A stretch of DNA of 64,000 nucleotides, taken from assembly GCA_027604505.1 (NCBI GenBank), contig JADIIX010000081.1, positions 1-64,000 on the forward strand, given 5' to 3'. This document shows positions 53,743 through 64,000 of the stretch, one piece after another. Numbering within the stretch: the first letter of the stretch is position 1; each line of letters starts with the position of its first letter. Source of the DNA: Gonapodya sp. JEL0774 (Eukaryota). A model generated the notes under the pieces. It worked only from the letters and a program-made list of their open reading frames with translations. It was not told the origin of the DNA and did not search any database. The position numbers and the translations under genes are program-made.

Positions 53743-54599
53743 ATGCCTCGAAACGAGATCTACATTTCCACCGATATCGAGTCTGACGGCCCTATTCCCG
53801 GCCCCAATTCCATGCTCTCGTTCGGCTCCGCCGCCTACACCCCGGACAAACGCCTCGTGTCGACATTCTCAGCAAATTTGGAGCTCTTACCTGGTGCACA
53901 GGGGGATCCTAAAACTATGGCATGGTGGGGAACGCAACCGGAAGCCTGGGCGGCGTGTAGATCGAACTTGGAAGAACCAGAAGTGGCTATGAAGCGATAC
54001 AAGACGTGGCTCAAGTCCCTGTCCGGAACTCCAGTCTTCGTGGCATATCCGGTGAGTATTATGATGGATTAGTTACTCGTGATGCAGTTTTTCATCGAGC
54101 GACCGTTGCATACCGGATTCTTGGCCAGGCCGGGTACGACTTCCTGTTTGTCTACTGGTACCTCATCCGTTTCACTGGCGACAGCCCATTCTCTCATTCT
54201 GCCCTGGACATCAAGACTTACGCCATGGCACTATTGAAGGGGAATTACAGGGACGCTACAAAACGTCACATGCCCAAAAAATGGTTCGACCCGGCATTGG
54301 CGCATACCCACGTCGCACTCGACGATGCCATCGAACAAGGGGCGTTGTTTTGCAATATGTTGAAGCAGAATCTGGAAGGGCCGACGGACAGGTCGGTTTA
54401 CAATCAGGACAATTCGAGAGTTGGACCTCTTGGGTCAGCAGGCACTGCAGGGTCGGCAGGGTCGGCAAGGTCGACAGCACTAGTGCCTTCCGCAGCGCCG
54501 TCTGCTGCTTCACCACTATCTGAGAGCACTGGACAATCTCCAACAGGAAGTGGTGGGTCGAGCTCGAGTACTTGGGCTGCAAAGGTCAAAGGGAGGTGA
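53743..54599 (+). CDS. DEDDh 3'-5' exonuclease, bacterial-type (Rv2179c/RNase T-like), one intron 54052-54128
   Basis: Exo[10 protein letters not shown]; ExoII FVAYP|AGYDF; ALDIKT; Exo[15 protein letters not shown]; Ser/Gly-rich C-terminal tail. Confidence 0.9.
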
Positions 54600-54687
54600 T
54601 GAGTGTTGCACCTTATAATAGTTTATCATCTGGCTCCTCTAAGAGACATCGTTATCTGTAGTGTCTCGTTGCCCTGTAATCCACGTA

Positions 54688-55515
54688 TCAAGAATCTTGC
54701 GCCAGGTCCTTCACAATCAACTGTGCTGGGCCGTAGTCTGGCGGTATCTCCGAGGCCCGCTTTTGTTCTAATTCGGCCCACCATTTTCGTGAGCCGACCG
54801 TGAGTGCAGTCACTGATGGCGAATCATTGTCTAAACGTTTCGTGATGCCTGGTTCGACACCAACGAAACCATTGTCCCTGACGAGGGCGGCCATTTGTCC
54901 GGGGTGAACACTGATCCCCCATATTCGCGCCAGGAGTGGGGTACGGAAGGTGTATGCTCCATACAATGTCTCTACCCGTTGCGAGTACTTCCGGTTCACG
55001 TCCTTGACATGATCGACCAGCGCGTCCATCAGGAGTCGTCCTATGCCACGTTTTTGGTAAGAAGGGTGGACGACTCGGTCATGGAGGTAGAATATCAAGG
55101 GGGCATTTTTGGCTGGTTGATCCTTCTCGTCGTTGAGGCGTTGCTTCACACCAGATTCTTCGGCGGCTTCTGCCATCCAGTCCGATTCCAAGGCAAGATC
55201 CAATCCGGGATGTTCAATGTCCGGTGTTACGTGGTTGATGTGTGGAAGACTCTTATCACACCACCAAGGGTAGCCGATGATGTAACCGACCCTCGTCTCC
55301 TTCCCACCTTCCTCCAGCACTGCCATTAGCCCGATCCCGCCTCTTCTCCTCCCATAGCCGTAGTGCATTTCTGGTGTCTCAAAGTACTCGGGATGCTCCC
55401 GGTACGCTGTGTACTGGATTTGAGTCAAGGACCGATTTTGAGCGGTGTCGTCGGTGTAATCTTGCAGCGTCGGGACACGGAGAAAGATACGGGAGGATGG
55501 TGATTGCGATGGCAT
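54688..55515 (-). CDS. GNAT-family N-acetyltransferase (intronless)
   Basis: VGYIIGYPW; motif A FYLHDRVVHPSYQKRGIGRLLM; likely start MPSQS at 55515. Confidence 0.8.
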   Translation of the reverse strand: MPSQSPSSRIFLRVPTLQDYTDDTAQNRSLTQIQYTAYREHPEYFETPEMHYGYGRRRGGIGLMAVLEEGGKETRVGYIIGYPWWCDKSLPHINHVTPDIEHPGLDLALESDWMAEAAEESGVKQRLNDEKDQPAKNAPLIFYLHDRVVHPSYQKRGIGRLLMDALVDHVKDVNRKYSQRVETLYGAYTFRTPLLARIWGISVHPGQMAALVRDNGFVGVEPGITKRLDNDSPSVTALTVGSRKWWAELEQKRASEIPPDYGPAQLIVKDLAQDS

Positions 55516-56004
55516 TTTCCAGGTGTGGAATCGCGGGGATGGGTGGAGAATGTGGGGAAACAGGAATCCCCAGTGGAGTTCCCAGGGCCTGAGCGGGGGG
55601 TGCGCCGCTGTTCTTTGCTTTCCATGATAATACATAAAGGCGATATGTAGAACCGAAAAAATGCATCTATGATAAGGCTTGAGAGATATTCCGGAGCTGT
55701 TTTAGCTCGGAGAATTCCGATTCGATGGGAAGGCTATGTGAAACTCCCTCTTCGCTAAGGCGCTTTCAGTATCTAACTACTCAAAGCCCCACGAAACGTG
55801 ATTTCGGCACTCCTGGCGCCTTTCTTTCAAGGCACAACTCTCGAAACCAAAAAACTGCTGCGCAGGGTATCAGGTTGAGGCACAAGCCGGCTGAATGTTC
55901 ACAATGATTATCCGATATCCGATGTGGTCGGTGCGGTGATTCTTTTCCCGACACAAGCAGTCAATCTGAAACACCCAGACCAATACCACGTCACAAAAAA
56001 AGAA

Positions 56005-57902
56005 ATGCACGTCGAGCCGTTCTTATTTTCAGCATCAAAGGAGCAGCTAGATGATTTGAAGACCAGGATCACTCTTGGACTCAAACGAATTCCTGCTCCC
56101 ATTCCGGGCACTGAGTGGGAATGTAAGACAGTCAAGTCATCAATTGCAGTTACCGGGTGGAATTTTGAAAGCTCATGCATGCAATCCTGCAGATGGTACC
56201 AAGAAGGATGTTCTGTTGGACCTTGTGAACTATTGGAAGGACTCATACGATTGGAAGTCGGCAGAGAAGCGCATCTTTGGAGATTTCAAACATTTTGTGG
56301 CAGATGTGAACGATATCAAACTGCACTTCATCCACGAGAGGAGCGAGAGACCCGATGCGCTACCGCTGATTCTGATGTGGGTTCGTCCAAGTCTCATCGT
56401 TTTCGCACCTCTGTAAGATCTCATCACAGAAAGGGCTCTTCTTTTCCTTCCGAAAATCAAGTCACGGCTGGCCCGGTAGCTTTTACGAATTCATTGAACT
56501 TATCAAGGAACTCGCACATCCTTCCAACCCATCCGACCCCGCATTTCACATCGTCGTTCCCTCCCTTCCAGGTTATGGATTCTCCTCCGCACCCCAAGTG
56601 AAAGGATTTGGGATCCCTGAGATGGCTAAGACGTTTGATCAGCTCATGAGTGGACTTGGATACGCAAAGTACTTCGCTCAAGGCGGTGGGTGAACAGACA
56701 CACGACAACCTCTGGAACTGACTTGAGGTTTGGTAATCTCTCCACCTACGGAATCCGACTCCAGGCGATTGGGGATCCATTATCTCGCGAACTTTGGCAA
56801 TAAACCACCCAGACACATGTCGGGGAATTCACATTAGTACGTAAACGTTCTCCACAGGGGGGTGCACAAGTGACTTGTGACATTTCTTCGCTCACAGTCT
56901 CAACTTCATCACTTTGCAATCAGACATGTTTATTTGCACACCACCAGCGCCGGGTATTACAACCCTTTGGACTCTGTTTAAGGCTATACTGTGGAACTTC
57001 GGGGCTCCTATCTTTTCCAAGGAAGAGGACAAGTGGGTGTGAAATACTGACAGCTCAAGGAAAGAACGATTGCTTTACCGTATCTGCTTTGTGTTTTCGT
57101 TTTCACAATAGCTGGCTCAAAAGCACTCAGGACTTCCAGAGGAAGGAAACTGCTTACCAAGAGATTCAGGTGAGACACTAATTGTTCATTTCTACCCTCA
57201 ACTTGCACAGCGATGTAATTTTGATCACAATTTGGCAGGGCACCAAACCTCAAAGCCTCGGTTACGCCCTGAATGACTCCCCCGTGGGGCTCTGCGCATG
57301 GATACTCGAAAAGTTCTCGACGTGGGGAGAAAGTCGTGGCGATGTGCTAGGACACTTTGGACGCGACCGGATACTGACCAATATTATGATTTACTGGTGA
57401 GCGAAGCTCGAGCTTGACTACTGGTGTAGTAGGAGGCAATGAAGAAAGTCATCTCGTGATGCTTGTTGAATCAGGCTCTCTGGATCCATCACCTCGTCAA
57501 TGCGTCTCTACTACGAGGTCCGACACAACCCAGCCAGTCTAGGTGCAATTCTGACAACCTACCACAAGCCACCAGTCGCTATCGCGAAGTGAGTTTACCC
57601 CTCTTGCTACCAACACTTCCGAAAACTTATCCCTGCATCGTCTCAAAACAGCTTTGCGGAGGAGCTCTACCGGGCGCCCAAAGAGTGGGCGGAGCATGTT
57701 GTTAATTTGCAACAGTGGAGCGTGTTCCCCAGTGGGGGCCATTTTGCGGCAATGGAGGTGGGTATTCCATGAGCGGCCAGGTTTTTTCTCCACTCAACAA
57801 TAACGCTGCTTCAAGGAACCCGCACTTTTGCTTGCGGACGTACGGAAGTTCTTTGGTAGGAAGGATATTGCCAGTCAAATAGAAGGTGGATCAAAGTTGT
57901 GA
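56005..57902 (+). CDS. Microsomal-type epoxide hydrolase (EHN + alpha/beta hydrolase)
   Basis: LDDLKTRI; LVNYWKDSYDW; LHFIHERS; HGWPGSFYEF; VVPSLPGYGFS; AQGGDWGS; QGTKPQSLGYALNDSPVGLCAWILEKF; GGHFAAMEEP; stop 57900-02. Confidence 0.93.
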
Positions 57903-58018
57903 GACGCAGATGGCATTTCAGGTTCAAGGGCAACACGTGAATGTGATGTTTTAAGATTTTGCAAATGAGCAATATCGTCTGATGCTTTTGACGGTCATAA
58001 TATTAACTTCGTGTCATC

Positions 58019-59335
58019 ATGGTGTTCATCAACTTGACGGACCCTCTCATGACAAGCGAACAATGTTCACTCCTTCCTGTGTACGTTCCCAGAAACGAAT
58101 CGCACTCGCGCGGTCACCTCGAATCAACTGATGACCCCCACGAATCATTTGATTACCTCGACACGGCTGTGGAAGAAGAGCTGATGCGCTTGTACACTGG
58201 CAATCAGTCTGACTCCACAAAAGCATCCCGACGCACCCATCCTCATCACCGTCTAGCGTGTATCAATTTCGATTGGACGCTGGGATGGGATACAACCGGT
58301 ACTGGCCCTAAATCTCCCCGGAAAAGTGTGTCGATCGCGCAGAATCCTGGAACACATTTTGGGGGTGGTGCACGGACGGGGAACGTTTGCTGGCGGTCGG
58401 GTATGGTGCTCGCCAAGATGTTCGCCAGCGATTGGGGGCGAAGTGTTCTCCGCGAAGTGTCTGAAAGTGCAATGCGATCTGGAGATGGTAATCTTCGGTA
58501 TGTGCTCCGGGCGATTTTTCTTGACAGAAATCGGCGAGACAAGAGATCTCATCCATGCACGCTACCCTTCAGCGTCCTTGAACTCGGCTCCGGCACTGGA
58601 CTCCTTGCGGTAACACACCTGTTGACCTTGTTTCACGGTCTACCTGCCCTCTTTCCCAACCCCAGGACGCGTCTCCCAACTGTTCACTTGACGCTTACAG
58701 ACTCAGATATGAGTGCGCTCTCTGTGGCGCGGAAGAATATACTCGAGAATCTCGATGGGATGGTTCTGGAGGCGGATGGTCTTGGAACTAGACCCGATTT
58801 AAAGCCTTCTGAAGCGTCTACGAAGAACCCAAAGCGATCCCGCATCGAGAACGCAAGACCTCCACCGACTATTTTTGTTTCGTTTGTTCACTTGGACTGG
58901 ACCTTACCGGCCACATACCCGAGCTTTTCATCCGACAGCCCCTTCTTGACGACCCGACCATCCCTCATTCTCGCCACCGACACTGCCTACAATGAATTTC
59001 TGGCCGATTCGTTTGCACAAGTAGCGCGGCATACAATGGGAATCGGTGACAGTGTGGGGGCGACAAAGGGGAGTACGCTCATTGTCGCTCAGGAGCTGCG
59101 TTCGCCAGAGCCACACCGAGCACTGCTCCGAAGATTACTGAATGCAGACGCTGAACACGATGATTGCACTTCTGGCGATGATGTATGCCTGTACCGAATA
59201 CCGGACGACACAATCAGGGGTGCCTGCCGAGTCTCGCAGTGGGAGGGCACTATGAATGAGGAGGAGGACGACACTTTTGCAGAAGGTGTCGTGGTTTATG
59301 TTATGAAGGCGGGTGAGGCAACGCTGGAGCGGTAG
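58019..59335 (+). CDS. Lysine methyltransferase, Methyltransf_16 (seven-beta-strand) family, RKM5-like
   Basis: TGNVCWRSGMVLA; VLELGSGTGLL; LTDSD; LDW; LILATDTAYNE; VAQELRSPE. Probable in-frame 75-nt intron 58498-58572. Confidence 0.8.
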   Translation: MVFINLTDPLMTSEQCSLLPVYVPRNESHSRGHLESTDDPHESFDYLDTAVEEELMRLYTGNQSDSTKASRRTHPHHRLACINFDWTLGWDTTGTGPKSPRKSVSIAQNPGTHFGGGARTGNVCWRSGMVLAKMFASDWGRSVLREVSESAMRSGDGNLRYVLRAIFLDRNRRDKRSHPCTLPFSVLELGSGTGLLAVTHLLTLFHGLPALFPNPRTRLPTVHLTLTDSDMSALSVARKNILENLDGMVLEADGLGTRPDLKPSEASTKNPKRSRIENARPPPTIFVSFVHLDWTLPATYPSFSSDSPFLTTRPSLILATDTAYNEFLADSFAQVARHTMGIGDSVGATKGSTLIVAQELRSPEPHRALLRRLLNADAEHDDCTSGDDVCLYRIPDDTIRGACRVSQWEGTMNEEEDDTFAEGVVVYVMKAGEATLER

Positions 59336-59608
59336 CGTGGGTTGATGAACGACTTCGAATATATGTCTAGCAACTCTGCTTAAGATGATGTAAATATGTT
59401 ATATACCGGAATCCCAAACTACACAAGCGAATAGGATTTCTCAACACGGTGGATGAAACTACATACCAAAAATCACGCTCATCCTTCCTACGGCATGATA
59501 TGCACGATAAACGTTATCATAAACGCAGAAGCTTCCTCCAATTCTCTATTTTTCCACGAGTCGCAGCGATCTACAAATTATTCTTTCTGTCATGTAGTAT
59601 TCATGAAT

Positions 59609-61625
59609 TCAAATGTTGAGTCCCCTGCCCTGCCCACCGTCGACAACCAAGTTGGCGCCCGTGATGTAAGTTGCGGCGGTCGAGAGGAGGAAAACTACCG
59701 AGTTGGCGATTTCTTCCGGAGTGCCCATACGACTGCATTGTGGAGGCAAGCAGTGTGGACGTGTTTTAGTGACGAAACCACGAAGACCCATACCCCCTCA
59801 CAAGAGCTCAAAAAGCACGAAACACGTTCTCGGGGCACTCACCCCATCGGATTCAAAGACAATATCCTGTTGTACCGCTCCGGGTTGGAGATCTTGGCTT
59901 TGCCCCAGACGCCTCCTTCGAAGTAGACTGGACCGGGCGCGACGGTGTTGAAGCGGATTTTCTCTTTTGCGTAGGTGTTGGCCCATTGTTCTGCACAGCG
60001 GGGATAAGAGATGGAAGGAAGTTCGATAGTTGGGCGAGAGAAGAGCCGTAAGATGATGAGCGGCCTGTGGGAGCAGGGCGAGTGAAAGACGAGGAGAGAG
60101 ACTTACGTGTTTGGTGGGTGAGGGCGGCTTTAATGGGGCCGTCTGTTGAATGGCATGGTAAGTCTCGTCAGACCGCATCCCCACCAACCCAACCTGAAAC
60201 ACCCCTCGCAAAACTCACACGGCCTCAGATCCGACACCTGTCTCGCCGACACACTGGTAATGTTCACCACGGCCGCATCACCGCGTCTGGCAACACTTTC
60301 TCTCAGAGCCGGGAGTGCCGCTTCCACGACGCGGACGGTGTGGAGGAGGTCGACTTCGAACATGGCCGTCCAGTCGGCTTCGGAGGTGCCGTTGCCGAAG
60401 GCCTGAGGGAGGCGTGGAGCGGAGGGGAGGAGATTGAGAAAGAGAGCTACATGTTTCCTGGGAGGGATGACAAGAGCAAGCACAATACACCACGCTCTCC
60501 TATTCAAGCGCGCACTCGTCATCCAGCATCCGAACATTGTCTACGCTTGGATCTCCTCAACAAGCACTGTCCATCCGATTCCCAATGACATTCTACAAAT
60601 ATTCGAAACCCCCCTTCTTTCCCCATGATCAACTCACAGACACGTTACAAACGATCAAATCCAACCCTCCGAACTCCTTGGTGACGTCCGCAACCCACGC
60701 CTTGATCTCGTCCCCGTTTCGGACATCAACGGCGCGGCCTGAGCCCTTGACTGAATTCAGAAGTGAAGAAACGACGGGTCAGGGAATGCGAGTGGTGACG
60801 GCAGAGGGGATAGGCGTCAGAGGGTGCAGTAAAGATGGGGAGGTTTGTGTGGTGGGTCGACCAGCACTCAGGCTTTACAACGTTCTCCGTGCTGCTCGCG
60901 ATCTATTTTAGACAGGCAGACAGACTTATGGTAGGCCCCTTTCAGGTCTCTTTGTAGTTCCCGTCCCTCATCCCGTTCCAGCTTGTGGCGAAAGCCATCC
61001 CATCCAGTATCACGACCAAGTTGACAAATCTGAATCGACTTTCCAGTGCGCTCGTGATATTCACCTCCGAACGCTTGAATCTCCTTCACGGTCGAGTCGA
61101 TTTCCGCCTGGTTCCTGGCGCAAATTGCGACATCGACACCTGGTGGGTAGTGGCAAGAGGAAGTATATTCACGGTTGTTTTCAGTAGAGGGGACAATCAC
61201 GACGTTGGAATGATTAGGAGATCCGAGAGTTCAATGACGGAGGTCAAGCAAAGAGCCGTATGTCAACGATTGGAAAGAACTTTTGAGAACGAACCTTCCT
61301 TGGCAAGCAGGAGGGCCGTCGATCGACCGATGCCTTTGCTGCCGCCCTAGATGAGAGGGGTGGGCAGATAAGAAGAATGGGTTTCCAGTGGTGTGATGTG
61401 ATTAATTCCACGAACACGGCCCAGTCAGCGCGAACCCCATCAAGGGCGATTTCACAAGGTGTGATTCAGCAAAGTGGATAACATCGTTTGCATTGTGCGA
61501 TTTTTTAGGCACAGAACGGGATCCATTAGAGAGAAGAGTGAGGTGTGCTGACTGGGCCAACGGAAGCAAATCACACCGAAACATACGGTGATGAGAGCCT
61601 TAGCGCCTTTGAGTCCGAGTTCCAT
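59609..61625 (-). CDS. Short-chain dehydrogenase/reductase (classical, FabG-like), multi-exon
   Basis: [101 protein letters not shown]. Confidence 0.92.
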
Positions 61626-62285
61626 GATGTGTGGGATTCGAAGGTGGGATGAGTGAAACGGTGCAATATGAATACCGTTGCAATCCGAAATCTTTGGAGA
61701 GACCCGGGTGGACCGAGGGAGCGTGCCGGACATTCTGTTCCCCCGCAGACCTTCCACATCTCCCTCCCCCCACACCGTCCAGAATCTGCAATACCGCCAA
61801 CCCCCTTGCAGATTCTAGACATTGGGCACCCCATTTAGTACGGAGGAGTCGAGGCGGGTCGGACGGTTGTGGGTGCACGGGCGGAGGCGTATGCGGAACT
61901 GGAGCTCCGAATGGAGAGGAGTCACTGGTATGAGGAGGAGAGTGCCGGTGGTAATTGCTAGATACATGACCTGGTAGACATGTGATCAGGTGAGAACTTG
62001 TGCAATGCAAATTTCGCGAATTAAATTAGAGTTGTTGTGTCTGCCGTCATGCAGTGTGATGGTATTTCCCGCCCCCTTAAATAATTAAAGTCTTTTATAC
62101 AGCCGCCATCCGCTGCGCGACAACGGACTTGAGTGCGGGTTGATAATCTTGGGCTGCTCCGGCCGTCTCAGTCGGGCACTCAGTGGTGCTCAGTCCCTTA
62201 GTTCCTGTGGACACCTGTGGACAAGCTCTCGATCTTTTCATTAATTAATTTGATTCACACACACGCGAAGTCGCCACCTGCACCG

Positions 62286-64000
62286 ATGAAGCTCGAGCGT
62301 CAGATCAAGCTGCGGTGCGTGCATCTGCCACTTGCGACCTGCGCTGCCCCTCACCGTTGACACCTCGCCCCTCTCATCCAGTCTAGTCCTCCCCGTCGTC
62401 CTGGGCATGCTCGTGCTTGGTGGGCTTCCTTTCCTTTTTCCCACCCAAGAGTCATTCCTTACCATTTGCATCAAGCACAGGGGCTGCCACCGTCGCTCTG
62501 ATTTACACGCAGTCGTCCTCGTGGATCGACGAACTCGCATCCATCATCGATGACTTGCAAGTGCGTCAAACCAGGACATCTTCTCTGCTGTACTTTAACG
62601 CCTCTTGTGAATCATTTCCAACCAACATTCATGTCAAAACTCAACGCCCCCAGATCACAGCCGTCCAGTCCCGTGCGTACGGCAAGGCCTCATTCGTCCA
62701 GTCATTTGTCTCTTCTTTGGTCCTCGACGTGCGCGTGCTTGCTCTCTATGCCGCCTCGGCCACGCGGGGAACACTTGGGACCATAGTGCGGTAGGTCTAG
62801 TCCCACACTCCTGCGCACCATGTACTTTATGATCTCTCACTCCGACTCTCTCCCATAATTTGGCGTATCACATTTCCATATTACTCACGTGTCCTGCGCC
62901 CTGCCACCACAGACCGATCCCGTCATTCTTTCAGCTCCCACTGCTTGACTCGCCTTCCGTTGCCACACCGATGCCCCCAGAGACGTCCCGCCCTCTGTAC
63001 TCGTCGTACTGGTCCGTCAACATATCCACCTCGGCTGACCTGGCCGCGGCGGCCAACTCAAGCATGAACAGCACTGTTCTGGACATGGTGTTCAGACCGT
63101 TGTTCCTCGACAAGGTGAGTCGGACTTCTGAATATTGGACTTTGAGGTGAGAAGCGGGGAAAAAGGCTATGTGCCGTTGATAGTGTTCGGAAGGGGATTG
63201 CAGCAATTCCGGAGAGTGGACAATGAGCATTCGAGATGAGTTCGCCAGAGAAAGACCCATCAGATCCACGCACGGTTTGGCTCTGCGGGAAGAGGGAAAC
63301 TAAATTCCTTCATGTCCCTTGCCTGTCCTCGTCCCACCACAAAAAAACCGCTCACAACCCTTTCTCCCACCTGACCTCCTCACCGCACAGCCCGGCACCA
63401 ACCAGCTGTACACCGGCTTCTCCGACACAGGCATGCGCAAATTCCCTTACATATTCGCCTCGTCCCCGAACGCTTCGTTCCGGACCCAGCGCTTCTGCGA
63501 CGCGCCTGATCTGGACCCGTCGATTCGAGGAAAGGTGGGGTTCATTCCGGCGTGCCGTGGGTGGTACAGATCCGCTGTAGACGCGGTGCGGAACGCGTCC
63601 ACCACAAGCACGGTAAATACCGTGGATGGCGTCGGGCCGTGGGTCATTGTTTCGCCGTATGTGGACGCGACCACGGGGACGGTGATGTGAGTGTCCGGGT
63701 CTGCGCCTTGCGTGGTGGGGCACGGGGGTCTGTACGAGTACTGCCCCCGCAAGATCCTGACTGACCATCGCCCGGTTTGGGGCATTCGTGTGAAGCATCT
63801 CAGCATCGCAAGCGTTTCTCGACGCGAGCGGTGTCGTCGTCGGCGTGGCAGCGCTAGACGCCAACATGGACTTGTTCCTGTCGACTTTTTCGCAGAGTAG
63901 CAAGGTAGAGTTTGTGCCTCTGACTCAGGTCTAATGCAGTCAGCTTATCTGTGCGCCTCGACAATCGCCGGCCGCGGGCTTGATAGATCTTGGACAATGG
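62286..64000 (+). CDS. Membrane receptor with N-terminal TM and extracellular dCache_1 domain (continues beyond window)
   Basis: MKLERQIKLR|LVLPVVLGMLVL|GAATVALIY (TM); LYTGFSDTGMRKFP; GFIPACRGWY; VSPYVDATTGTV|IISASQAFLDASGVVVGVAALD (intron 63687-63795). Confidence 0.8.

Overview
Eukaryotic, intron-rich, gene-dense DNA with short GT-AG introns (mostly 50-100 nt; GTGAGT/GTAAGT/GTGGGY donors). It is most consistent with an early-diverging zoosporic fungus (chytrid/monoblepharid-like; inference from gene content and intron style). The six-frame ORF track breaks most genes into fragments, so I reconstructed exons by eye. Contents in order: 3' end of an RI-like LRR gene with exactly one 84-nt exon per repeat; a cyclin pseudogene; an F-box protein; a TM-dCache-TM-HAMP receptor with no output domain; a candidate structured ncRNA; ABCF2/ARB1 (NBD1 Walker B reads D-Q); a decayed F-box-like gene; two tandem intronic snR72-like C/D snoRNAs in an apparently non-coding host; an ABCG half-transporter; AVT1; an LCAT/PDAT-family enzyme with an inserted C2-like domain; a class-3 lipase; an NmrA-like protein; an F-box protein; a RecQ/Sgs1 helicase; a methyltransferase pseudogene; a Nudix CoA-pyrophosphatase; an FkbM-like methyltransferase; an FlK-like thioesterase (cut by a gap); a TMEM272-like protein; an ANK-coiled-coil-SH3 protein; a bacterial-type DEDDh exonuclease with one intron; a GNAT; an epoxide hydrolase; an RKM5-like methyltransferase; an SDR; and the 5' part of a second dCache receptor carrying a near-complete amino-acid-binding motif. 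Two assembly gaps are flanked by poly-G/C artefacts. The most notable items are the exon-modular LRR array, the pair of bacterial-style dCache receptors, the snoRNA pair and the likely horizontally acquired enzymes. No database searches were run, and all family calls rest on motif recognition.
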